Source of the DNA: Hydrurus foetidus
Lineage: Eukaryota
Assembly (NCBI GenBank): GCA_900617105.1
Contig: UYFQ01000001.1
Span: 1,674,001 to 1,738,000 of the forward strand
Length of the DNA stretch: 64,000 bases
Reading direction: 5' to 3'
Shown here: positions 38,656 to 48,706 of the stretch, one piece after another
How positions within the stretch are numbered: the first letter of the stretch is position 1
How the letters are laid out: every line of letters begins with the position of its first letter
Notes under the pieces: generated by a model
The model's database searches: none
Seen by the model: the letters and a program-made list of their open reading frames with translations, nothing else
Told to the model about the DNA's origin: nothing
Made by a program: the position numbers and the translations under genes

Positions 38656-40563
38656 ATCTAGCATGAAGCCAGCAAAAAATTCAGCCAGTGCAGCGGTGTC
38701 ATTCAACGGCAAAACCTGCGCGATGTACTGATCAGGCCGAACGACGACCATGCAACCTTGTTCACGATTGATGCCGCGCATCTCGTAAATATTCTGCTTG
38801 GCGTCGTCAATGGTGCGAAACGCTTTTTCATAGTCACGCAGGCCGTAGCGACCTTTGGGCGGAAAGAGCAACTCCGGCAAAGCGGTAACGGCCACCGTGT
38901 GGTGACTTTGCTGGAACACGGCGCGTACATCAATCACCGAATCCACATCCGCGCCTGCTGCCGTGTAGCGCTTGATGGGCGAATGCGGTGACTCTCTCAA
39001 GAATTCGCACAGCTTGGCAATCGGAGAGCCGGGTGCGCCCTTGTCGCCCTGCCCTGCAAACGCCACCAACCGCCAGCGGCCATCAGCCAAAAACGACGCG
39101 CCGAGTTGAAGTTGCTTGCCATCGCCAATGCGGACAACCAGCGCAGAGTGAAAGCGTTTGCCGATTTGCAAACCTGTTGCCAAGCCTTGATGCGTGCCCG
39201 CACCAGTCAACAACGCAGGCTTGTAATGCGTGGCTGTGCCGGCCGTGTAGCGCCCGTGCTGCACAAAGTACTTTTGCACCGCAGCCGGGTCTTCATTGGC
39301 GCGGTCACTCACTGAACTGACTAGTAAGGCCGCCCACTCTCGGTCAAAGTCAATCAGCTCTTTGGCGACGGCTTGCCGCTCTGCCGAATAAGTGTGCAGC
39401 AAGCTGGCGGGGCTGCGGCCTTGCAGCACGGCGGCTAACTTCCAGCCAATATTGAAGGCGTCTTGCATCGACACATTCATGCCCTGCCCGGCCTTGGGGC
39501 TGTGCGTGTGGCAAGCGTCGCCTGCAATGAAGATGCGCGGCAGGCGCGTTGCGACCTCTTCAGGCTGCAAGTCATCAAACCGGTCAGTCAAACGCTGACT
39601 AATTTCATACACCGACCACCACGGCACTTCTTTCACATCGAATTTGTAGGGATGAAAGATACGCTGGGCAGCGGCAATCAACTGTTCAAGCGTGATGTTG
39701 CGGCCCGCAACACGCTCGTTGTCGGCAAGCTTGTCCATTTCTACATAAACGCGAACCATGTAACCGCCTTCGCGCGGAATAATCAACAAGCTGCCCTGGC
39801 TGGCTGACTGAATCAACGACTTGAAACGAATGTCGGGGAAATCGGTGTTGACCAATACGTCCATCACGCCCCAAGCGTGGTTGGCAGACTCGCCTTTAAG
39901 CGACAAGCCCATCGCTTGGCGCACGCCGCTGCGTGCGCCGTCGCAACCCACCACGTATTTGGCGCGGATGGTTTGCAGCTCGCCTTTGTGGACTTCGTCC
40001 TGCCTTTCAAACTGCACTGTCACGGGAAAGGGATTAGCGTCGTCTACGTCTCGCTCCAACTTGGCGAGGCGGCGGCTGTAATGTGGCACCAGTCGCATGG
40101 CTGACTTTTCCATCTTTTCCAGATAAAAGTCATGCACCCGCGCCTGGTTCAAAATCACATGCGGCATGTGCGACAGACCCTCTTCTACGTCGGGCACGCG
40201 CCCGCTGCGGGCTATGCGGGTGGGGTCCGCAACGTCGGGTGTCCAAAAGGTCGTTTCATTGACCCAATAAGCTTCTTCAAGCACCTTGTGCGCAAAGCCA
40301 AAAGCCTCAAACATTTCCATCGTGCGGCAGGCCACGCCGTCGGCTTGACCCAATTGCAGTGGCCCCGGCTTTTGCTCGACGATTACGGTGCGAATGTCTG
40401 GGAAAGCCGCTAATTGCGTAGCCAGCGTCAGGCCAGCCGGGCCGCAGCCAACGATCAATACATCGGCCTCTGCGGGTAGCGCCGTGCTTTGTGGGTGCGC
40501 TGAAGCTGACGCATCGATCAGGCTGGGGTCGCCTGTTCTGAATCCATTTAAGTGAAATTGCAT
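38644..40563 (-). CDS. FAD monooxygenase, 3-hydroxybenzoate 4-hydroxylase (Comamonas MobA) type
   Basis: MQFHLNGFR start, GCGPAG, GQADGVACRTMEM, GCDGARS, GDACHTHSPKAGQGMN, VRPDQY. Confidence 0.85.
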   Translation of the reverse strand: MQFHLNGFRTGDPSLIDASASAHPQSTALPAEADVLIVGCGPAGLTLATQLAAFPDIRTVIVEQKPGPLQLGQADGVACRTMEMFEAFGFAHKVLEEAYWVNETTFWTPDVADPTRIARSGRVPDVEEGLSHMPHVILNQARVHDFYLEKMEKSAMRLVPHYSRRLAKLERDVDDANPFPVTVQFERQDEVHKGELQTIRAKYVVGCDGARSGVRQAMGLSLKGESANHAWGVMDVLVNTDFPDIRFKSLIQSASQGSLLIIPREGGYMVRVYVEMDKLADNERVAGRNITLEQLIAAAQRIFHPYKFDVKEVPWWSVYEISQRLTDRFDDLQPEEVATRLPRIFIAGDACHTHSPKAGQGMNVSMQDAFNIGWKLAAVLQGRSPASLLHTYSAERQAVAKELIDFDREWAALLVSSVSDRANEDPAAVQKYFVQHGRYTAGTATHYKPALLTGAGTHQGLATGLQIGKRFHSALVVRIGDGKQLQLGASFLADGRWRLVAFAGQGDKGAPGSPIAKLCEFLRESPHSPIKRYTAAGADVDSVIDVRAVFQQSHHTVAVTALPELLFPPKGRYGLRDYEKAFRTIDDAKQNIYEMRGINREQGCMVVVRPDQYIAQVLPLNDTAALAEFFAGFMLDAMN

Positions 40564-40625
40564 ATCGGCCTTAAGTTATCAGCAGACTATTGCACTAGAG
40601 CTTTATTGCATCAACACTCGTAAAG

Positions 40626-40642
40626 CAATATGCACTATATTG
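40626..40642. promoter_or_regulatory. Candidate operator palindrome in divergent LysR promoter
   Basis: CAATAT-GCACT-ATATTG. Confidence 0.5.
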
Positions 40643-40660
40643 TTTTCATATACTGCGCCT

Positions 40661-41560
40661 ATGGCAAAACTGAATCTGGATTGGCTCGACGTCTTCGTTC
40701 ACATCTACAAGACCCAAAGCGTGAGCCGCGCAGCCGCGTTGTTAGGCATGGAGCAAGCCAGCGCCAGCATTGCACTGAACAAGCTGCGCCAGCATTTTGA
40801 CGACCGCTTGTTTGTGCGCACGGCAGGCGGCATGACGCCCACGCCCAGAGCGCAGAGCATTTACCCCAACTTGCTCGAAGCGCTGGCCCGCATTGACGCA
40901 GCGCGCGGCAAGCCAGCAATGTTCAACCCAGCCAGTGCAGTGCGCGAATTTCGCATTTGCATGACCGACATCAGTGAGATCATTATTCTGCCGAAACTGG
41001 TCAATCATTTGCAGAAAACTGCGCCTGGGTTGGTGATTGAGGCAGAAAGAATTTCTGACAACAGCCGCCACGCTCTGGTGTCAGGTGACGTCGATTTGGC
41101 GGTAGGATTTCTGCCGAACTTGGAGGCAGGGTTTTACCAACAAGCATTGTTCGAGCAAGACTTTGTTTGCCTGGCAGCAAAAAGTCACCCGCGCATTCAA
41201 GGCAAAGTCACGCCGCGTCTGTTTTCAAAAGAAGGCCACATCCTGGTCACCACTGCGGGCACAGGCCACGCCATTGTTGACAAAGTGCTGGCCAAACAAA
41301 AAATCGAGCGTCGTGTGGTGTTGCGTGTGCCCAGCTTTTTAGGCGTTGCACGCATCGTGGCACAGACTGATTTTTTGGTAGTGGTTCCCAGACTGCTCGG
41401 CTTGGCCCTCGCCGCGCAAGAGCACGTTCAGGTGCTGGAGTCGCCCGTAAAACTGCCGCGCTACCAGGTAAAACAGCACTGGCATGAGCGTTTTAATCTG
41501 GATACCGGTAGTATTTGGCTGCGCCAAAACATGGCAAAACTTTTTACGCGCACCTTGTGA
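40661..41560 (+). CDS. LysR-family regulator
   Basis: SVSRAAALLGMEQASASIALNKLR...LFVRT. Confidence 0.92.
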   Translation: MAKLNLDWLDVFVHIYKTQSVSRAAALLGMEQASASIALNKLRQHFDDRLFVRTAGGMTPTPRAQSIYPNLLEALARIDAARGKPAMFNPASAVREFRICMTDISEIIILPKLVNHLQKTAPGLVIEAERISDNSRHALVSGDVDLAVGFLPNLEAGFYQQALFEQDFVCLAAKSHPRIQGKVTPRLFSKEGHILVTTAGTGHAIVDKVLAKQKIERRVVLRVPSFLGVARIVAQTDFLVVVPRLLGLALAAQEHVQVLESPVKLPRYQVKQHWHERFNLDTGSIWLRQNMAKLFTRTL

Positions 41561-41705
41561 CGCTTAGGCATGCGGTAAGCTGGTCAAATGTGTTTACAAC
41601 AATGCCAGATCGGCGCTTGCAACCGTTGCTGTTGGGCGTCAAGCGCTGTCCGAATTCTGAAGCGGACGCTATGATTCGCAACATGCACCACTGCACGCTG
41701 TAGCC

Positions 41706-42236
41706 ATGTCCAACCTGGCCGAACAAATTCGCGAAGCGCTTGCCATGTTTGCATCCGCTGACACCAAGCCAGCCCTGATTGGCGGCTTGGCAGTGGTAGC
41801 GCACAAGGTAGTGCGCGCCACCCAGGATGTGGATTTCCTGTTGGAGCTTGAGGCTGCAGATAAAGTACATCATGCCCTGTTGGATTTAGGCTACCAGTGT
41901 CGGTACCGCAGTGAAGACGCAGCCAACTATGTGCGCGGCGCTGAGGGGCTGGATTTGCTTTATGCGCACCGCCCCCTTGCGCGCCGCCTGCTGAGTGAAG
42001 CATCAGAGCGCAACACGCCAATGGGCCTGTTGCGTGTCGTCAGCGTTGAAGGGCTTATCGGCTTCAAGTTGCAAGGTTACGTGAACGACGCAACGCGAAC
42101 GCGCGACCTGGACGACATTCGGGCACTGCTAAAAATCCACCGTAATTCACTCGTGATGGATGAGTTGCGTGAATACTTTGCTTTGTTCAACAAACTAGAA
42201 CTCCTCAATGAACTTCTCAATGAACTTCCCGGTTAA
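41706..42236 (+). CDS. Minimal nucleotidyltransferase (AbiEii/DUF6036-like)
   Basis: IGGLAV...RATQDVD, LIGFK, RDLDD. Confidence 0.78.
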   Translation: MSNLAEQIREALAMFASADTKPALIGGLAVVAHKVVRATQDVDFLLELEAADKVHHALLDLGYQCRYRSEDAANYVRGAEGLDLLYAHRPLARRLLSEASERNTPMGLLRVVSVEGLIGFKLQGYVNDATRTRDLDDIRALLKIHRNSLVMDELREYFALFNKLELLNELLNELPG

Positions 42237-42450
42237 CACCTATACATCGGTTGAAACGACATCGAGCCGTGGCGATGCAGGTGCAGTGCTAGCGCGCGAA
42301 GCAGGGGTGCCTTTTCAGCCACCGCTGGAGAACACTTCTGAGATCGATCCCTTCGCGGAGTGGTTGAGCCTGATGGAGGTTGTGCAAATGCTTTGCCCTG
42401 TGTGGCCCGTGCGTGACAGGCCCATGCAGGGCGACCATTGGAGACTTTGA
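42208..42450 (+). CDS. Small hypothetical protein coupled to the nucleotidyltransferase
   Basis: Overlaps upstream 3' end (alternative ATG 42220); LMEVVQMLCPVWP. Confidence 0.55.
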   Translation: MNFSMNFPVNTYTSVETTSSRGDAGAVLAREAGVPFQPPLENTSEIDPFAEWLSLMEVVQMLCPVWPVRDRPMQGDHWRL

Positions 42451-42526
42451 CAACCGCCGGAGCATTGGCAAACCCTCGAAACCGCTATTTTTGATCCCTT
42501 TTGACCCGTTTTTACCATTAATTTAA

Positions 42527-42574
42527 GGCCCTAGACCAACAAATACGTGCGTCAGTAGCTATTTATTCAATAGC
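42527..42574 (-). repeat. Repeat family A
   Basis: CTAGACCAACAAATACGTGCG..AGCTATTTATTCAATAGC. Confidence 0.7.
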
Positions 42575-42579
42575 AGCCT

Positions 42580-44205
42580 TTATGGCAACGGGCTTAAACC
42601 GAGCTCTTTAAGGAACTCGTTGTGCTTCTGCTTTGCCGCCGCAATAGCTTTCTCAATCTCGACAAGCTCACCGTGTGTCGCTTCCAGGTCAATCTCTGCC
42701 TCGCCCACTGCTGTACTGATGTAGCGGGAAATGTTCAGGTTGAACTCATTCTTCTCAATTTCGGCCATCTCCACCCGGCGTGAATAGCGCGCCTCTTCTT
42801 CACGGTATTGGTAGGTCTTGATGATCTTGGCAATGTGCTCTTCAGTCAGTTGGTTCTGCCGTTTGCCTTTGACAAAGTGTTCAGCCGCGTTGATGAACAG
42901 CACGTCATCTGGCTTCTTGCATTTCTTTAGCACCAAGATGCACACCGGGATACCGGTGGAATAAAACAGGTTGGACGGCAGGCCAATCACCGTGTCGATG
43001 TGACCATCAATCAACAGCTTTTTGCGGATGCGTTCCTCTGCCCCGCCACGAAACAGCACACCGTGCGGCAAGATGATGGCCATCACCCCCTCATCTTTCA
43101 AAAAGTGAAAGCCATGCAGCAAAAAGGCAAAGTCCGCCGCCGACTTGGGAGCAAGGCCGTGGTTTTTAAAGCGTACGTCGTCACCCATGGCCTCAGTCGG
43201 CTCCCAGCGATAGCTGAACGGCGGGTTGGCCACGATCGCGTCAAACGCAGGCTTTTTTGCCGGGTTCAGCTCGCGCAATATGTCCCAGTCGTTGGTCAGC
43301 GTGTCACCGTGGAAGATTTCAAACTCGGTGTCCTTCACCCCGTGCAGCAGCATGTTCATGCGCGCCAGGTTATAGGTAGTGATGTTCTTTTCTTGCCCGT
43401 AAATCCTGCCAATGGTGCCGCCAGCTTCCTTGGTCTTTTTGCGGACATTGAGCAGCAGCGACCCTGAGCCGCATGCAAAGTCCATCACACTGTCCAGACG
43501 CTGTTTTACGCCCGTCTTGGGCTCCTGACTGTCCAGTGTCACGATGGCAGAGAGGATGTCCGAGATTTGCTGCGGCGTATAAAACTCGCCCGCCTTCTTG
43601 CCTGAGCCAGCGGCAAACTGGCCAATCAGGTACTCGTAGGCGTCACCCAAGGTGTCTAACTTGTCAGAGAACTCTGCCAGCCCATCGGCAATTTTTTTAA
43701 TGATGTTGCACAGCTTGGCGTTGCGCTCTGGGTAGCCCTTACCCAGCTTGGACGAGCCCAGGTCAATTTCAGAAAACAAACCCTGAAACGTACTTTCAAA
43801 AGACTCGGTCTCGATGTACTTGAACCCCGCTTGCAGGGTGTTGAGCAGCTCATCACTTTGGGTGCGGGCCATATTGGCAATGCTGCTCCACAAGTGCTGT
43901 GGTTGCACCACGTAGTGCACTTTGCGGCGCATTTGCTTTTCAAACGCCGTCACATCCGCCGGGTTGTTGGCGTACCACAGCGCTAGCGGCACGGGGCGGG
44001 CACTGGTTTCGTCCTTTTTTTCCACCTTGGGGTAATCGCTGCCCAGCTCCTTCCTGGCCGCCGTCTCGTAGTTGTCAGACAGGTAGCGAAGAAAGAGAAA
44101 CGACAGCATGTAATCGCGGAAGTCGTCGGCATCCATGGCCCCGCGCAGTTGGTCAGCAATCGCCCAGAGGGTGTTGCCCAGTTGTTTTTGGTTTTGTTCA
44201 GTCAT
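42580..44205 (-). CDS. hsdM: Type I R-M methyltransferase
   Basis: GEFYTP, DFACGSG, ANPPF, ILPHGVLFRG. Confidence 0.95.
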   Translation of the reverse strand: MTEQNQKQLGNTLWAIADQLRGAMDADDFRDYMLSFLFLRYLSDNYETAARKELGSDYPKVEKKDETSARPVPLALWYANNPADVTAFEKQMRRKVHYVVQPQHLWSSIANMARTQSDELLNTLQAGFKYIETESFESTFQGLFSEIDLGSSKLGKGYPERNAKLCNIIKKIADGLAEFSDKLDTLGDAYEYLIGQFAAGSGKKAGEFYTPQQISDILSAIVTLDSQEPKTGVKQRLDSVMDFACGSGSLLLNVRKKTKEAGGTIGRIYGQEKNITTYNLARMNMLLHGVKDTEFEIFHGDTLTNDWDILRELNPAKKPAFDAIVANPPFSYRWEPTEAMGDDVRFKNHGLAPKSAADFAFLLHGFHFLKDEGVMAIILPHGVLFRGGAEERIRKKLLIDGHIDTVIGLPSNLFYSTGIPVCILVLKKCKKPDDVLFINAAEHFVKGKRQNQLTEEHIAKIIKTYQYREEEARYSRRVEMAEIEKNEFNLNISRYISTAVGEAEIDLEATHGELVEIEKAIAAAKQKHNEFLKELGLSPLP

Positions 44206-45203
44206 GTCTTTGGTCTATTTTTTATCGTATTTTCCAGCGCCTTCAAATCAGCCTCATCCTGCGCATCAGCAGCGCGGGCTTCTTCTGTCTTGCGGCGTTG
44301 GTCAAAGTCCAGATAGAGCGGCTCCAGCTTTTGCTCCATGCGGGCGTGGCTCACCGAGCCTGCCCCGCTGAGCAGCGGAAAGCCGTTGGACGCGACTATC
44401 TGGCCCACGTTCTCTCGCCAGAAATTCATGCTGGTGATGGTTTGCCGCTTGGCGCGCAGTTCTGCCGTTTCCAGGAAGATCACCACCAGCCGGTTCAGTG
44501 TGTCGACTTCGTCCTCTGTCAGGTAGTTCTTGGCTACCACAATGTCCTGCTTGCGCACCAGGTTGCATTTCCAGCTCAGTAATCCGAAGTGAGGGTCTGC
44601 AGGGTTGGCCCGATTCACAATCAGCTCCGCTGCCGTCTTTTGCGTCACCGCATACAGCAACAGGTTTTGCACCGTGGCAAAAAAGGTCTGCGTGATCTCG
44701 TCCGACTTGTCGTAGTCGCTAGAGAGCGCAAACAGGTCGCGCACCTTTTGGTAGAAGCGCTTTTCCGAGGCCCGTATGTCCCGGATGCGCGCCAGCATCT
44801 CGTCAAAGTAGTCCGGGCGGCCGTCTGGGTTTTTCAGCCGCTCGTCATCCATCACAAAACCCTTGACCAGATATGCCTTGAGCACCGTGGACGCCCAGCG
44901 GCGGAACTGCACACCACGCGGCGAGCGTACGCGGTAGCCCACGGCCAGGATGGCGTCGAGGTTGTAATGCGCCACCTGGTAGTTCTTGCCGTCAGCGGCA
45001 GTTGTCAACCGTTGGTTGACAACTGAATCTTGGGCCAACTCCTGCTCAGTAAAGATGGCTTTGAGGTGTTTGGCAATATTTTGCTTGGTGGTCTGGAAAA
45101 GCTCCGCCATTTCAAGCTGGGTGAGCCATACCGTGCCGAGGTCGGCCCGAAGCTGGATCTGGCTCTTGCCGTCGTCGGTCGTGTAGAGAATCAAGTCATT
45201 CAT
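44202..45203 (-). CDS. RhuM-family protein
   Basis: VWLTQLEMAELF, YNLDAILAVGYRV, FRRWA, IRASEKRFY. Confidence 0.9.
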   Translation of the reverse strand: MNDLILYTTDDGKSQIQLRADLGTVWLTQLEMAELFQTTKQNIAKHLKAIFTEQELAQDSVVNQRLTTAADGKNYQVAHYNLDAILAVGYRVRSPRGVQFRRWASTVLKAYLVKGFVMDDERLKNPDGRPDYFDEMLARIRDIRASEKRFYQKVRDLFALSSDYDKSDEITQTFFATVQNLLLYAVTQKTAAELIVNRANPADPHFGLLSWKCNLVRKQDIVVAKNYLTEDEVDTLNRLVVIFLETAELRAKRQTITSMNFWRENVGQIVASNGFPLLSGAGSVSHARMEQKLEPLYLDFDQRRKTEEARAADAQDEADLKALENTIKNRPKT

Positions 45204-45209
45204 GGCGAT

Positions 45210-47438
45210 TCACGGCGTAACGCCGATGACTTTGCACATCGAGGTGTAATGCGGCAGGTCTTTTGCTTTCAGGGCTTGGATAACTTTCTTGACTGTGTTC
45301 TGCGCATTGGTGACGAAGTCAGGTTGTTGGAGTGCGCGATCCAAACTTTGCAGATGCGATGCGTCATCGGAAAATTTCTGGATTTCCGTCTGCTCGACAT
45401 CGGTGTCAAATAGCAGATCAAGCTTCTTGGACCACGCCGGTACGCAAGGCTTGTTGAAGCCAAGGTAGGCTTCAAGAAATTTTCGCAACATGTTGGGGGC
45501 GGTATAGGCCTCATGCAATGAGGCTGAAGGCGAGTTTGAGAATGTGTGCAGCTGCTCAAAAATAAACTGATACTCGGATTTATATTTTCTGAGCAAAAGT
45601 GGCAGGTCTTCAAGGGAAGAGTGCCAATTTTGGTTGGCGTCCAAGAATCGTCGCGCATAGTAGGCCGACGATTCATTTATACGATTGGCGAATTGTTGCC
45701 GTGTATCAAACCATGCATCTTTGAGCAAAGTGTAAAGCTCGCTGTTATGGGTAGAAACAAAAATTTGCTGACAAGAATCCAGCCTCTTTGTTATCAAAGC
45801 ATAGATGGCATAAATGTGGTTCGAGTCGAGACTTGATATCGGATCATCTATGAAAACAGTGACTTGATTGAGTGATGCACCATTGTTTTCCAGCGAAGCA
45901 AGAAAATAGGCAAAAGTAATGGCTGTTTTCTCACCATCGCTTAAGTTGCTGGCAGGAACGTTGTCGCGCCGGAACTCGAAAGAACCACCAGGAACCTCTG
46001 CGACCGAAATACTGTTGTCGGGTAACAGGAACTGAATGGTTTCGTTGATTTTTTGTGCTGCAATGGATTGCTGTTGAACCAGTGTTTCGATTGCGGACTT
46101 TTTGCCAGCAATCGCAACCATGAGACTTTTTGCCCTCGTGACTTCTGCCTCAACACTTGAAATTGCAGTCTCTTTGGCCAAGATGCTTTGGGTCTGATAG
46201 AAGCTGGCGGCATGATGCCTTTCTATCGCAGTTTTGGCGGCACTCTTTTCCTTGCCGATCTGCAAACGTCGCTCGTTGTGTACTGCAATAAGTTCGCTGA
46301 TATCGACAACAATTTGCGTTACTTCGACGCTACGACTGGTGTCCACAACACAACTGAATGAGGTTTCAAGTGCGATCTGCTTTTTTTTCGCCAATGCTAT
46401 GAGTTCGTTAATCGCTCCGTTGGACCAAGCAACCCATGCGTTAAGCTTTCCCTTTAGCGTGAGAAACTGTTCCTTAAGATCGGGCATGAAGTCCCGCTCA
46501 TCGGGCAGAGCGATTTGAAACAGACTTCCCTCAAGTGCAGCCACTTGCCCAGCCACTTCAGAAGTCAGATCTTCGTAGGCTTGCGAGAAGTGCTTTTGAA
46601 GCGCCGCTAAGCGATCAACAGGAATTGTGGAGCCGCAGAACTCGCAATGTACTGAATCTTTGTGATGTGCGAACCCCGTGCGAATCCATGACTCCAGTTC
46701 GGGGTTCTCTTTCAGCTTTGCGATTGCCTCGTTGGAAGCAGTTTTTTGCGTGCTGTTTTCAAGATTGCGTCGCAGTGTTTCTATCTGGATCGTTGGGCTT
46801 GCAACTACTGTTATGTCATCCCATGTCTGCGTGCTACGCAGGAGCGACACCTTTGCTTGAAGCTCAACGTCATTGAGCAAAGATGAGGTGGGGTTCGCTC
46901 TGACTTGGTCAATATCAGCTACCAGCTTGGGACGGTTATAGGTTTTGTCCCCCGTCAGTGTGGCGATAGAACTGGCTTGCGATGTGCCAATTGAATCAAA
47001 GTCCTTCTTGAGCCGGAGGTGACTTGTACTCAGGCCAGATTCAATTGCTCTTGCTTTTGTTTCGTGTGTGTTTAGGCGTGCAATTCGCTTGCGCAAATGA
47101 ATCGCATTGCCACCCACAATGAACACAGCCGGGGCTTTGTGTTCTTGTTGAAAGTTTTCCTGAATGAAGTCGCGATTGAAAACCTTGATTCTGGGGTTAC
47201 TGGTGAAATTTGCTTGGGTCAGTTTGGCGCCGCCCTGAAGTTCAATCTCAAATTTGCAACCTGGAAACTTAGCGAGGTTATTCTGATCAGCCAGAACTTG
47301 GAAGAATCGTGAAAGCGTTGTTTTTCCAGAATAGTTCCATCCGTATATGAGATTCCGTTTAGCGAGGGCAGCATTGGTTCCCCATTGGAATTGGCGATAG
47401 TTCCCAAAACTGGAGAGACTGATGATTTTTGTAATCAT
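45210..47438 (-). CDS. AAA_13/RloC-like SMC-type ATPase
   Basis: GWNYSGKT, CEFC hook in coiled coil, LSDGEK, IDDPISSLD, STHN. Confidence 0.82.
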   Translation of the reverse strand: MITKIISLSSFGNYRQFQWGTNAALAKRNLIYGWNYSGKTTLSRFFQVLADQNNLAKFPGCKFEIELQGGAKLTQANFTSNPRIKVFNRDFIQENFQQEHKAPAVFIVGGNAIHLRKRIARLNTHETKARAIESGLSTSHLRLKKDFDSIGTSQASSIATLTGDKTYNRPKLVADIDQVRANPTSSLLNDVELQAKVSLLRSTQTWDDITVVASPTIQIETLRRNLENSTQKTASNEAIAKLKENPELESWIRTGFAHHKDSVHCEFCGSTIPVDRLAALQKHFSQAYEDLTSEVAGQVAALEGSLFQIALPDERDFMPDLKEQFLTLKGKLNAWVAWSNGAINELIALAKKKQIALETSFSCVVDTSRSVEVTQIVVDISELIAVHNERRLQIGKEKSAAKTAIERHHAASFYQTQSILAKETAISSVEAEVTRAKSLMVAIAGKKSAIETLVQQQSIAAQKINETIQFLLPDNSISVAEVPGGSFEFRRDNVPASNLSDGEKTAITFAYFLASLENNGASLNQVTVFIDDPISSLDSNHIYAIYALITKRLDSCQQIFVSTHNSELYTLLKDAWFDTRQQFANRINESSAYYARRFLDANQNWHSSLEDLPLLLRKYKSEYQFIFEQLHTFSNSPSASLHEAYTAPNMLRKFLEAYLGFNKPCVPAWSKKLDLLFDTDVEQTEIQKFSDDASHLQSLDRALQQPDFVTNAQNTVKKVIQALKAKDLPHYTSMCKVIGVTP

Positions 47439-48706
47439 GCATCGACCTCTACAGAGGGGAAAAGCTGCTGCATCAGCCCTTTCTTTTGTATCTTGAGAGA
47501 TTCGAATTCTTGGGTTGCAGCGATGATGAGATCATCAAGATTGGAGAAGCAGTCAGCGATGCGTCGTTGTTCCAATCGGCTTGGAATGAAGAGGCTGAAT
47601 TCTTTCAAATCAGCAAGTTCGATCTTTCCCGCTCCAATTCCTGTTTCATTAATCGGGATGCGATCCTCATTTGTCAGTAGCTGATAAATCAGGAAGGTGC
47701 CATCGACTGATGAATCGACCTTCAGTGCTTTTACATCTTGGTTGAATGCAACATCAACGGCAGCAATACACATTGGCACACGTTTAAACAACATACTTCC
47801 GCGCACAAGGATCAGCAAAGTGCCCTTCTTCGCAATCCGCGTTCCATTACCTATCGCAAGCGGGGTCACGTAATGATCGGCCCTAGAAATATGCAGTTCA
47901 TACATTGAAGATGCACTTACCCATGGAATGCTTCCATTCCAATAATCGGGATTGTCTTTCGATGGCGTCCCGCCCGATGAAAATGAGGCAATGCTGCCCA
48001 GTGCGGTAGGCGTCCACTCCGCCGCGCCCCGAAACTCGGGAAACCGTAGACGCGGCTGGGTTTCGCCCTTGCGGGGGAAAAGCTGCTGCATCAGCCCTTT
48101 TTTATGAGTCTTGAGCGCGTTCGCTTTACGGGCTTGTTCGGCGATCAGGTCGTCCAAGGAACTCAGGCAGTCGGCGATTTTTTGTTGTTCTGCCCAAGTC
48201 GGAGTGGGGACCTCGACCCCAAAGAACGCATCCTTACTGATATTGAGGAGGCCGTTGCTTCGTGCTCCGCTGGTGATGTGTCGTTTGAGTTTTTTCCCAT
48301 GAGCATTTGCTTCAAAGCAGTTCTGAAAAAAACCATTTGAATAACCATCTTTGAGGCGAAAACAAATGAAAACATTTGGCGCCGCAACTTGTCCCCAGCC
48401 CTGCAGCAGATAGACGCAACCCTCAGGGAACTTCAGCGAGTTGCCTTTGTTGTAAACGAAGTCACCATCTCTTACCACAGTGTAGAGCTGGTACTGATTG
48501 CCAGAAATATCTCTGCCGAACTTCTCTGCTTGCGGAACAAATCCAATTCCTGCGGAAATACTCACTGGCGTAAGCTTCCTTTCCCCAACTCGCTCGGTCA
48601 CTGGGGTAGATGCATCTCCCAGAGTAGTCAGTTTCCAAGGTGCTGCCCCTCGGAACTCCGGAAATCGCCGTTTCGGCACCAGCTGTGCCTTGCCCTTATC
48701 ACTCAT
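47435..48706 (-). CDS. hsdS: Type I R-M specificity subunit
   Basis: Two TRDs with repeated EQ.(K/R)IADC...KKGLMQQLFP. Confidence 0.93.
   Translation of the reverse strand: MSDKGKAQLVPKRRFPEFRGAAPWKLTTLGDASTPVTERVGERKLTPVSISAGIGFVPQAEKFGRDISGNQYQLYTVVRDGDFVYNKGNSLKFPEGCVYLLQGWGQVAAPNVFICFRLKDGYSNGFFQNCFEANAHGKKLKRHITSGARSNGLLNISKDAFFGVEVPTPTWAEQQKIADCLSSLDDLIAEQARKANALKTHKKGLMQQLFPRKGETQPRLRFPEFRGAAEWTPTALGSIASFSSGGTPSKDNPDYWNGSIPWVSASSMYELHISRADHYVTPLAIGNGTRIAKKGTLLILVRGSMLFKRVPMCIAAVDVAFNQDVKALKVDSSVDGTFLIYQLLTNEDRIPINETGIGAGKIELADLKEFSLFIPSRLEQRRIADCFSNLDDLIIAATQEFESLKIQKKGLMQQLFPSVEVDA

Noticed and set aside
47435..48706. Phase-variable hsdS shufflon
   Set aside because: Internal repeats are the normal conserved HsdS regions; no extra TRDs or invertase nearby
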